Positions 55,536-64,000 of a stretch of DNA of 64,000 bases are shown piece after piece; positions within the stretch are counted from its first letter, which is position 1, and each line of letters starts with the position of its first letter. The stretch lies in IMG/VR virus record IMGVR_UViG_3300008262_000001, one strand, 5' to 3'. Both the position numbers and the translations under genes were made by a program. This stretch comes from a virus. Taxonomy: Duplodnaviria > Caudoviricetes. A model generated the notes under the pieces. It had not been told where the DNA came from, made no database searches, and saw only the letters and a program-made list of their open reading frames with translations.

Positions 55536-55871
55536 TTATATATCTGAAAATCCATCCCTATAGTTGATAAGATAATTCATCGATTTAATCCAGGCATAAA
55601 GGCACACAACAGCGTTTAATTTTTGTAGTATTGGATCTTTCAAACCACAAAGTGTAAGCAAAAGGAAAATCAATCCAGATATTCCCACTATGGTTAAACC
55701 GTGAGTCCATACCCAAGGCTGCAAAGTGTTTGTAATTAGCTTTATCACCACAGTAAAAAAGAGGACAAGATAAATGAAACTGATTATAATATTTTCATCA
55801 AGTCCCAATATGATACCAACATCCTTTGCTGTTGCTATAGCTAAAAATATCGTGTATGCTAATTTTGACAT
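55536..55871 (-). CDS. Multi-pass membrane protein
   Basis: Three to four hydrophobic segments. Confidence 0.7.
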   Translation of the reverse strand: MSKLAYTIFLAIATAKDVGIILGLDENIIISFIYLVLFFTVVIKLITNTLQPWVWTHGLTIVGISGLIFLLLTLCGLKDPILQKLNAVVCLYAWIKSMNYLINYRDGFSDI

Positions 55872-55874
55872 AGG

Positions 55875-57290
55875 CTAGAATCTTTTTAGAACATAAAGTT
55901 TGTTACTTGACCTTGTGTAGGCTGTGTATTTTATCCGATTTCGTTCAACAACATTGATGTTGACGTCTATATCATCTTCCAGAACAAAAGCTGCTTGATA
56001 GGTGCTTCCCTGGGATTTATGAGCAGTGATTGCATAAGCGTAACTTACGTCTGCGAATCTTCTGAGAAATTCATAATACTTTATCCACGATTTATCTTTC
56101 CCTTTTTTCTCTATTGCTGTTTTTTTCAAATGGTTTGCTATCACCTGAAACCCACTTTCGCTTGATTCGTGAAGGATATCTATATAAAATACTAGTTCCT
56201 TTCCATCATCGTTTAGAAAGCTAACTCCTGTTTCATAATACTGAAGAACAATTGATTGATCTTCTATGCTAAATTTAGAATCCTTAACTTTGAAATTGAC
56301 AACTGAGAATTCGTCATTAGTATTAAATAGGATTTCATTGTTCTCTATAACAGGATTATTAGCAATTAATTTTTCACCAATCAAGATTTTTGCTTCTAAT
56401 GATTTATCACCATAAATAACTTTCCTTGCTAGGTTATTCATGGTAGAAACAGTTTTGTTCCTCCAAGCGATTATCTTTGCATATTCAGGATCTTCTTTAA
56501 ACCTGTCGGAATTGAAGTATGAATCCAGAATTGAAGGGAACTTAGATTTTATTTCTGGTGAGTTTAGATTTAAGTACTCGATGCCCTCTCCCCTTTCGGA
56601 TATTTTGGTTTGTGTCCCTGTGTCAATACTTGGATTTTCAAGATCACTCCTGATTAATATTGAGGTATCGATAATTGGATTACCCTCTTTCTGTCTCATT
56701 ATTTTTTTAAGCTCAACAGTACAAATTCCATAAAGCTGGGCAAGTTCTGGTCGGAAGGGTATGCAATCAGGTCTTCCCACAGGAGGAATTTGTGCAGGAT
56801 CTCCCATACAAATAATTTTGATTTTATCCCTATATTTTATGATCTCATGGAATAGATCGTCGCTCAACATTGAAACCTCGTCAATCACTAAGAGTTTTGT
56901 TGAAGCAATTGGAGGTCTGAATTCTCCGTCGTTTACAAACTCTTGCTTACCATCTGAAGTAATTCTCTCTTTCAGTCCAAGCATTTTGTGGACGGTAGTG
57001 AACACTATCCTGTTGTTAATGATACCAGTTTGTTTCTTAATAACCCTAACAGATTTATTAGTGGGACCAGTTACTGCTATTTTATACCAAGCTTTATTTG
57101 GATAAAGAGCTTCAAGAACATACTTGACTAAAAGACTCACACAAAATGTTTTGCCAGTTCCTGCCCAACCCTTGAGTACATAAATATCATTGGAAGAACC
57201 TGCAACAAAGTCCTTCAATTGATCAAATGCTAGCTGTTGATCCTCATTCAACATTGAAGAATCAAATAGCCTAATTTCTTTTTTGCCCAC
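55875..57290 (-). CDS. SF1B DNA helicase, Dda/RecD-like
   Basis: GWAGTGKT, IDEVSM, GDPAQIPPV, AYAITAHKSQGSTY, YTAYTR. Confidence 0.92.
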   Translation of the reverse strand: MGKKEIRLFDSSMLNEDQQLAFDQLKDFVAGSSNDIYVLKGWAGTGKTFCVSLLVKYVLEALYPNKAWYKIAVTGPTNKSVRVIKKQTGIINNRIVFTTVHKMLGLKERITSDGKQEFVNDGEFRPPIASTKLLVIDEVSMLSDDLFHEIIKYRDKIKIICMGDPAQIPPVGRPDCIPFRPELAQLYGICTVELKKIMRQKEGNPIIDTSILIRSDLENPSIDTGTQTKISERGEGIEYLNLNSPEIKSKFPSILDSYFNSDRFKEDPEYAKIIAWRNKTVSTMNNLARKVIYGDKSLEAKILIGEKLIANNPVIENNEILFNTNDEFSVVNFKVKDSKFSIEDQSIVLQYYETGVSFLNDDGKELVFYIDILHESSESGFQVIANHLKKTAIEKKGKDKSWIKYYEFLRRFADVSYAYAITAHKSQGSTYQAAFVLEDDIDVNINVVERNRIKYTAYTRSSNKLYVLKRF

Positions 57291-57348
57291 TTTCTTTTTT
57301 GGATAAATGTAAGAATTATAGTGAAAAAGAGTGGTTTGGGTTCGAAAT

Positions 57349-57987
57349 TTATTCTACTGGATTTCCCATTTCGTCGAATTTGTAGTTGTTTGACTCAATT
57401 CTTTGTTCAACCTCTTCTGTCTCGTATTGAGAATCTATTGATCTTGAAATTCTATCTAAAACGAAAATCATATGAGATTTGAATTTCTTTTCCGCTTCCC
57501 CTATATAGTGGTCTATTCTAGAAACCCTTTCTTTGGTCATCTCGTCCTCGTTTTCGATCTCAAATTCTATTTGTGTATATGAACCGGAATCTTTAAAAGT
57601 GTAATAAAGATCTTCCCAATAAAAAGGAGAAATTCCAAGCCATCCAAGAAACATTTCATTGTGGTTGATTTCCAAAGCTTTTGCACAGTGAATGTATCTT
57701 CCCACCTCAAAACTTATTCCAGTCCTTTCATTACCGATCATTGGAGATCCATCAAGATCTTTATCATAGTTTGGGCCGAATATTCTAAATAAATCCTCGT
57801 GTGTGGGTTCAAAAAGATAATCATCATCCACTACCCAATAAGGAATATCCTCCGCTCCATATTCTCCCATTTCCATTCCCTTTTGTATTTTAGAAATGGC
57901 ATTTTTCTTCGCAGGATCGGAAAGCTCTTCAAAACTGAAAGTTTTTGTCCCTTGTTCAAAGAGGACGAAATTTTTGATAATTTTCAT
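57349..57987 (-). CDS. Acidic hypothetical protein with tag-like N-terminus (MKIIKNFVLFE)
   Basis: FSFEELSD.AK..AI; C-terminal Y.FDE.G; GATATATAG at 57992-58000. Confidence 0.7.
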   Translation of the reverse strand: MKIIKNFVLFEQGTKTFSFEELSDPAKKNAISKIQKGMEMGEYGAEDIPYWVVDDDYLFEPTHEDLFRIFGPNYDKDLDGSPMIGNERTGISFEVGRYIHCAKALEINHNEMFLGWLGISPFYWEDLYYTFKDSGSYTQIEFEIENEDEMTKERVSRIDHYIGEAEKKFKSHMIFVLDRISRSIDSQYETEEVEQRIESNNYKFDEMGNPVE

Positions 57988-58006
57988 CCTCCTATATATC
58001 AGAAAC

Positions 58007-59065
58007 TTACTTCTTAGACTTCTTGTCAGTCTTTTCTACTTTTTCTTCTTTTGGCGAGTTGGTAACATCTACAAATTCTCCAAGTTGAATACCAGGGATT
58101 ATATCAGAGATATCAGGGATAGAAATGGAAGGAGCTTTTGGAACAACAGATTCCACCTTAGTTATAGTTTCTCTTGGTGAAAATATTGGATTACTTAAAT
58201 CATCTCCTTTTAAGATATTCAAGACATACGTGTGGTCAAACAAATTACCAGGAGGTGTTGCAACTTGAATTGCATCGCCAGTTATGTCGAATGGATCGTA
58301 GAGACTATTTCTGGTGCTTCCGATTTCAAATTGTGATGTGATGTTTTTGTGAATATCATAGCCAAACACTGTTGGTGAATTACCTATCCAAAAAACGTAC
58401 GATGGCAAGCCTAAAGCAGCTGCAGCGTGTTGCATATATGAATCTATGAAAATTCTTTTATCGCTGAACATAAGAGCTAAAGCTAACACTCTTGGGCCAT
58501 GTGAAAGATAATCTACACCATTTAATCCCATTTGATCCTCTCTCTTAATCTGAATAACTCTATAATCATTCTTGAATTCATCAGCTATTCTTTGAGCTAA
58601 GTATGGAGGAATATCCCTTGCCCAGGAATATTTGTTGTTGGTTTGTGCACCACCAAATGGTTGGATGAGTAAAATTGGTTTTGTTTTATTGAGCAGCACT
58701 TCTACTTGATCTCTTTCGAGATGGGTAAAGTAAAGTTCGGGGGTTGTACCTAGAGAATCGATTCCATATAAATCGCACCAGACATCAACTAGATGTTTTT
58801 TTCTATAAATTGCTTCAGTACTTCCGTAAGGATCATGTGTGAAGATCAATGTGTCTTTATCTTTGACATAATCATCGTAAAAATAAGCAGTTTGTCCAAA
58901 TTGAATAACTCTATGAACCCTTGGATTGTTAATCCAAATATCTGGATGAGCTGTAAGTATTACAATTTTTCTATCAGGATATTTAAAGTTCATAGCACGA
59001 ACAACTGCTGTTGCTATGACATTTTTACCTATTCCTCCTGAGATTTGAAAAACAACGTATTTCAT
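58007..59065 (-). CDS. Glycosyltransferase, GT9 (heptosyltransferase)-like GT-B fold
   Basis: GGIGKN..AT..VRA....YPD, NNP.V, LIQPFGG..WAR.IP, IDS..QHAAAALGLP..V.W. Confidence 0.75.
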   Translation of the reverse strand: MKYVVFQISGGIGKNVIATAVVRAMNFKYPDRKIVILTAHPDIWINNPRVHRVIQFGQTAYFYDDYVKDKDTLIFTHDPYGSTEAIYRKKHLVDVWCDLYGIDSLGTTPELYFTHLERDQVEVLLNKTKPILLIQPFGGAQTNNKYSWARDIPPYLAQRIADEFKNDYRVIQIKREDQMGLNGVDYLSHGPRVLALALMFSDKRIFIDSYMQHAAAALGLPSYVFWIGNSPTVFGYDIHKNITSQFEIGSTRNSLYDPFDITGDAIQVATPPGNLFDHTYVLNILKGDDLSNPIFSPRETITKVESVVPKAPSISIPDISDIIPGIQLGEFVDVTNSPKEEKVEKTDKKSKK

Positions 59066-59079
59066 TTTTATCTTTCTAA

Positions 59080-59107
59080 ATTATAGAAGATAAAATGACA
59101 TTGTTTC
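59080..59107 (-). promoter_or_regulatory. Putative promoter GAAAC-N17-TATAAT
   Basis: Exact 17-nt spacer, 15 nt upstream of ATG. Confidence 0.55.
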
Positions 59108-59112
59108 TAAGA

Positions 59113-62100
59113 TTAGGCCAATAATATTTTGTAAGCTGTTCCATTTATATAAGCACATAATGCACAGGTTGCAGCTGACGAAGTTGTAAGAAGGAGAGGC
59201 GAAGAAGAAGATCCCAAGGAAAGTGTAGAGCTAACTCCTGTTGCACCAACTCCTATTATGATACTGTTACAAACGTTATTTGTAGTAGAATCAGCGCCAT
59301 ATCCTATAATAATATTATTACACCCAGTTGTTAAAGTTCCATCGACAGATAGTGCTCCAATAGCTACGTTGTTGCAACCTGTAGTAACAGAACAACCTGC
59401 TGACCTTCCAAGAAAAGTATTATATTCACCCAAGGTGTTGCACGAACCTGCATTACTACCATAAAACGAATTGAAGCCTCCTGTTGTATTTCGTAATCCA
59501 GCTTGGTCACCTACAAAAGTATTATTAACTCCTATGGTGTTACTACAAGCATTACAATTGCCTATAAAAATATTATTAGAACCGGTTGTATTCAAATATC
59601 CAGCTCTGTAACCTAAAAATATGTTTTCGTCTCCACAAGTGTTACAAAATCCAGCTTGCGAACCAACAAATGTATTATAATGTGAAGGTTTACCTATCGC
59701 AGGAATTGTATTGTAACCTGCTTGGTAACCAATGTAGGTGTTTTCAGAACCAGTAGAGTTGCAGTATCCACTTTGGAATCCAACATATGTGTTGTGATAA
59801 CCAGTAGTATTTGCCCCTCCAGAATCTGCTCCTACAAACACGTTTTTACAACCAATCGTATTTGCGTCTCCTGCACATGTTCCTAAGTAAACGTTACAAG
59901 ATCCTGTTGTGTTTGAAAATCCACTACAGAATCCTAGAATAGTATTATTTGTTCCAATAGTGCCGCAAAAATAAGAACAAGATCCAATTGCAATATTATT
60001 TGATCCTGTAGTATTGGCTTGTGCTGCTTTGTTTCCAAGAAAAATATTATCGTTTCCACATGTGTTATTATACCCCGCACCATTTCCTAAAAAAGTATTT
60101 CCACCTCCTGTCGTATTTAAACCACCTGAACATGTTCCAATATAAACATTTGAACATGCTGGAGTTGTTTCGTTAGTCCCTGCACAAGCTCCAACAAAAA
60201 CACTACATCTTGTTCCCGTTGAATTTTTTCCGGCTTGGTAACCTATTGCAGTTTGTAATGCAGATTCTGAACCCAAACAACCCGCCTGGTATCCTACATA
60301 TGTATTACGAGCTCCTGTAGTGTTACAATAACCAGATTCAAAACCTACAAAGACGTTTGAATCACCAGTTGTGTTAAGATGTCCTGCACAGGTTCCTATG
60401 AAAGTTGAACAACCACCAGTAGTATTACACATACCGGACAAGTAACCAACAAAGGTATTTTGTGATCCAGTTGTACTGAATCTACCTGCTAATGTGCCTA
60501 AAAAAGTATTATTTCCTCCAAAAGTATTCGTGAATCCCGAGCATATTCCCAAAAATGTATTAGATGAGCCAGTTGTATTACATGCTCCGCTGTTGAAACC
60601 TATGAATGTATTGGATCCACCAGTAGTGTTTTTACCACCACCACTTGCTCCAACGAATGTATTACATGCACCTGTTGTATTTAGAGATCCAGCATATGCA
60701 CCAATCATTACGCTTCCATTGGAACAAAGTGTACAATTACCTGAATTTCTTCCTATAAGTACCATATCGCAGCTACAATCAAGCCTTTGCCCTGCCAAAT
60801 TTCCTAAAACCACATTACAAGCAACATAACTTTGACAGCTAGAACCACCTGGAGAGGTTGCTGCAATACAAGTACCTAAAAATATATTGCCAGTGTTACA
60901 TACGAAACAATTGTGCATTACAATACATCTTCCTATCGCAATTGTCGAAGAAGAATCGTAGGAACCTCCTCCCCCCTGAATCAAACTTCCTATATTTATG
61001 GGACTAGTTCCAGAGCCACCGACTCCAACATTATATCCAATCGAAATGTATTCGCATGTACTAGGAGTATTTTTTCCATTTGTTTTTCCGATTGTTATAC
61101 CACATCCTGTTGCACATATACCAACCTCTCCAATTGCTATTGTACTGTTTATCTGATCAGCAAAAGCTAAAACAACATCGCTAAACTGTGGGTTGAGCAA
61201 AACATTTCCACAACCAGAAGGAACTCTTGTTGAATTACTGATGATGATATTACAAGTTCCTCCTGTGAAATTTCCAGCTACTCCTCCAGAAGCTCCTAAA
61301 ATAATATTTTTGGATCCTGTCGTCATACCAGTAGCAGCACAATTTCCTATAATGAGATTGTTGGATCCTGTCGTCATAGCAGTAGCAGCAAGATGTCCTA
61401 TTATAATAGATCCTGTTGATCCTGTGGCTGAAAAAGCCGAACAATTACCGATAAAAAGGTTAAAAGAACCAGTGGCATTACATCTACCAGCTAAAATGCC
61501 TATTGCTAGGTTATTAGACCCAAATGTATTGGTTAGGAGCGTGCAGGTTCCAATTGAAATGTTACAAGCCCCTGTTGTATTGTTTAGAAGCCCGCAGGCT
61601 CCAATTGCAATGTTACAAGAAGCTAGCCTGTTTGTTAATAACGAGCATTGGCCAATTGAAATATTATCTGAGCCTAAATTGCAAAAGGAGCCACATTGTC
61701 CTAATGAAATATTATTTGTCCCTGTTTGGTTTCGGGCAGAGTTACATAGTCCAATTGAGATATTATCGGTTCCTCTAGTGCCGCACAGTTGAGACGATAC
61801 GCCTATTGCTATATTACAGCTTCCAGTTGTGTTTTTGGACCCAGCAAAATTTCCTAAAAAAATGTTATCAGTCCCGCAATTTACACATCCAGCAAGCCTA
61901 CCAATTGCTATTGTATCAGCGCCTACAGTACTTTCAAGTCCTGCACAAACTCCAATAAAGATATTGCCCGACAGAGTAGTGTGACCAGCTCCACTACATT
62001 CGCCGATGAATATATTTTTTTGCCCAGTACTGACGTTTAGCCCTGAACAACTTCCTAGAAAAATATTACCGCATCCTGAAGAGCTTGAAAATCCAGAACA

Positions 62101-62778
62101 GGGTCCTATAAAAATATTATTGTGACATCGGTTTTTATTTCCTGCTTGATATCCTATAAAAACGTTTTGACAACCAGAAGTTGCTCCAGATCCAGCTTCA
62201 TATCCTATCATGATATTACCACAGGAGTCTGCTCCGGTTAAATTAGCTCCTGCCTGATATCCTATAAGAACTCCTCCTGTAATGTTGCATGCTGATTTTC
62301 CAGCTTCTGCCCCTATAAACACGTTTCTTCCCTGAGTGTTTAGCGCGCCACTACATTCACCAATAAACACATTGGAAGTTCCTGTTGTAGTAACGCATCC
62401 GGAAAGATTACCAATATAAACGTTGCTACATCCAGTAGTCGTGAGAGCACCAGCTGATGCTCCAACAAAGATATTATTGCAACTAGATCCACATAATCCT
62501 GTTCCTGCCCCTTCTCCTATTACAATATTTCTTGCTCCAGTCCCGGTTTGGTCGGGGATAAATATGTTACCGCACGCTTGATTGTAAACCCCTATTCCGC
62601 TTAATCCCCCACTTCCATCATTAATCTGAAAAGATCCAGTGACCCCTCCAGGCGATGCCCCTGATCCGCCAGAAGCACTTCCGTAGGTGAAGATATCATT
62701 AACTGGATCGTAAATAGGAATTTGTCCTGTTGCACCAGTTGAGCTTGAACATACGGAGATAAATTTTCTATCCGACAT
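59113..62778 (-). CDS. Cys-rich 17-aa repeat (N-T-F-x-G-x-x-A/S-G-x-x-N-T-T-G) beta-roll fibre/adhesin
   Basis: 1221 aa, dozens of repeats of the trimeric-adhesin/tail-fibre head type; GATATATAG at 62793-62801. Confidence 0.8.
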   Translation of the reverse strand: MSDRKFISVCSSSTGATGQIPIYDPVNDIFTYGSASGGSGASPGGVTGSFQINDGSGGLSGIGVYNQACGNIFIPDQTGTGARNIVIGEGAGTGLCGSSCNNIFVGASAGALTTTGCSNVYIGNLSGCVTTTGTSNVFIGECSGALNTQGRNVFIGAEAGKSACNITGGVLIGYQAGANLTGADSCGNIMIGYEAGSGATSGCQNVFIGYQAGNKNRCHNNIFIGPCSGFSSSSGCGNIFLGSCSGLNVSTGQKNIFIGECSGAGHTTLSGNIFIGVCAGLESTVGADTIAIGRLAGCVNCGTDNIFLGNFAGSKNTTGSCNIAIGVSSQLCGTRGTDNISIGLCNSARNQTGTNNISLGQCGSFCNLGSDNISIGQCSLLTNRLASCNIAIGACGLLNNTTGACNISIGTCTLLTNTFGSNNLAIGILAGRCNATGSFNLFIGNCSAFSATGSTGSIIIGHLAATAMTTGSNNLIIGNCAATGMTTGSKNIILGASGGVAGNFTGGTCNIIISNSTRVPSGCGNVLLNPQFSDVVLAFADQINSTIAIGEVGICATGCGITIGKTNGKNTPSTCEYISIGYNVGVGGSGTSPINIGSLIQGGGGSYDSSSTIAIGRCIVMHNCFVCNTGNIFLGTCIAATSPGGSSCQSYVACNVVLGNLAGQRLDCSCDMVLIGRNSGNCTLCSNGSVMIGAYAGSLNTTGACNTFVGASGGGKNTTGGSNTFIGFNSGACNTTGSSNTFLGICSGFTNTFGGNNTFLGTLAGRFSTTGSQNTFVGYLSGMCNTTGGCSTFIGTCAGHLNTTGDSNVFVGFESGYCNTTGARNTYVGYQAGCLGSESALQTAIGYQAGKNSTGTRCSVFVGACAGTNETTPACSNVYIGTCSGGLNTTGGGNTFLGNGAGYNNTCGNDNIFLGNKAAQANTTGSNNIAIGSCSYFCGTIGTNNTILGFCSGFSNTTGSCNVYLGTCAGDANTIGCKNVFVGADSGGANTTGYHNTYVGFQSGYCNSTGSENTYIGYQAGYNTIPAIGKPSHYNTFVGSQAGFCNTCGDENIFLGYRAGYLNTTGSNNIFIGNCNACSNTIGVNNTFVGDQAGLRNTTGGFNSFYGSNAGSCNTLGEYNTFLGRSAGCSVTTGCNNVAIGALSVDGTLTTGCNNIIIGYGADSTTNNVCNSIIIGVGATGVSSTLSLGSSSSPLLLTTSSAATCALCAYINGTAYKILLA

Positions 62779-62835
62779 TAAGACTTTTTCTTCTATATAT
62801 CATAGAAGAAAACTGGGAACATAGTTTCTTGACAA

Positions 62836-63348
62836 TTAAATAGAACTGAGAAAAATTCTCAATTTATGTAAGCATTCCTTATCATATAAATTGAAAATAG
62901 GTATTCCTAAATTTTTGGCTATCCTCATGGCTTGTCCAGTGCCGCCTTTTATTAATCCCCCTTGTGTCCAGCAAACTATAAAATCTACTGGGGTAGAGAG
63001 ATCTTGACCTAATACTTGAAAGCTATTCCTTGTCATTAAATCCTTAGCAGATCCTGATAGTCCTGTCCAATTCGGGTGGTGTTTTTTTGCCAACTCTCTA
63101 GCTTCTAAAACTATTTTTGGTTCAAAGATATCTAAGAAAAGATCTGAAATATTTTGATTGAATCCTTTCCAGGGTAGATAAATTTCTTTCTCCCCTTTAA
63201 ATAATGATTCAAACATTAGATCAGCCCCAGGGGCACCTCCAGATCTTAGTGTAAAATTATTTTTATGGAGCATCGAGCAAACCTCCTCAATCATTGGCTT
63301 GACTCCATTTGGGGTTTCTCTAGAACCTATTCCTGCAAAATATTTCAT
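62836..63348 (-). CDS. SLOG/DprA-like Rossmannoid protein
   Basis: AGIGSRETP, LRSGGA.GAD, RN..QVLG..L..PV.F..CWT, GGTG.A..IA. Confidence 0.8.
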   Translation of the reverse strand: MKYFAGIGSRETPNGVKPMIEEVCSMLHKNNFTLRSGGAPGADLMFESLFKGEKEIYLPWKGFNQNISDLFLDIFEPKIVLEARELAKKHHPNWTGLSGSAKDLMTRNSFQVLGQDLSTPVDFIVCWTQGGLIKGGTGQAMRIAKNLGIPIFNLYDKECLHKLRIFLSSI

Positions 63349-63356
63349 AAATAAAT

Positions 63357-63683
63357 TTAAATCTTTTTATAGAAGTCTTGACCTGAACCAGTGACATACC
63401 TAACTGAAACACCACCTTTCGTGTGTAATTCGACAAATAACGGATTTCCTATCTGCATACAGATATGAACTTCTCTATAATTCAGTTTCATTTCAATTAG
63501 AGGTTCACGATCTTTACCTAAGAATTTTAATTTACTACCCTCTATATTTATTTTTTCACTGATGACCACATGAACGCATCCATCTTTTCCTGACGCATTC
63601 CAATCTTCTGCTTTGGGTAAATTATCGAGGGGAATCAATTTAATTTTTCTGTGATTTGCTAAAAATAATGGAATCTTCTCCAT
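63357..63683 (-). CDS. Hypothetical protein
   Basis: 108-aa ORF. Confidence 0.6.
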   Translation of the reverse strand: MEKIPLFLANHRKIKLIPLDNLPKAEDWNASGKDGCVHVVISEKINIEGSKLKFLGKDREPLIEMKLNYREVHICMQIGNPLFVELHTKGGVSVRYVTGSGQDFYKKI

Positions 63684-63972
63684 TTATCCAAGCTCCTGGT
63701 TCTCCAATTTCTATTTTTTCGTCTGTGTAAAACCCAAGTCCGTTCTCCAAAACAACCCAATATTTATATTCGGAACCCCTATCCTGCATCTCAACTTCGG
63801 TGACAGGAATAGGGAACCAAGCGTTTTCTATAGTTTGTTCTATGTCATTCCTCTTTTTAGATTCTTGAGCTTCGTTTTTTCCAGAGGGAAAGAAAAAACT
63901 GATTAGAACCGATGAAGTTGCAAGTACAAGCATAGCAACTACGAAAGTCCTGAAAGCACTGAAAAATTTCAT
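63640..63972 (-). CDS. Membrane-anchored hypothetical protein
   Basis: N-terminal TM segment. Confidence 0.6.
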   Translation of the reverse strand: MKFFSAFRTFVVAMLVLATSSVLISFFFPSGKNEAQESKKRNDIEQTIENAWFPIPVTEVEMQDRGSEYKYWVVLENGLGFYTDEKIEIGEPGAWINGEDSIIFSKSQKN

Positions 63973-64000
63973 AAAGCTTTAAATTATTCTTTTTCCCAAA

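Noticed and set aside
59113-62778. Diversity-generating retroelement target
   Set aside because: No reverse transcriptase and no template/variable repeat pair with adenine-specific differences in the window.

Overview
AT-rich, densely coding 64-kb segment of a very large (jumbo/huge) tailed-phage genome in the standard genetic code, most likely infecting a Bacteroidota host. Host clues are a short Bacteroidota-type RpoD homologue, TAnnTTTG promoter boxes, a T9SS C-terminal sorting domain, signal peptides followed by Gln, and no consistent Shine-Dalgarno. 1-16.7 kb is a minus-strand fibre/adhesin block: two Gly-X-Thr collagen-like proteins sharing a recent 594-bp duplication, and three beta-helix paralogues. 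17-31 kb holds small early/middle genes, ThyA, an AAA ATPase, an RNA ligase and a sigma factor. 31-36 kb holds a GH19, a secreted subtilase and a secreted nuclease. 36-49 kb holds an RlaP-type nucleotidyltransferase, a 5-domain glycosyl/methyltransferase, MgsA, a vWA protein, an ATP-grasp protein and a GH19 endolysin. 49.7-54.8 kb is a complete five-gene two-component signalling operon. 55-64 kb holds SmpB, a Dda-like helicase, a GT9-like enzyme and a Cys-rich 17-aa-repeat fibre. The most interesting signals are the phage two-component operon next to the lysis gene, a recurring MKHIKLFENF-type N-terminal tag resembling a capsid-targeting sequence, T9SS cargo encoded by a phage, a probable virion glycosylation system, three promoter classes and two candidate structured RNAs. 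No tRNA, tmRNA, rRNA or CRISPR array was seen. All family calls are by-eye motif recognition; no searches were run.
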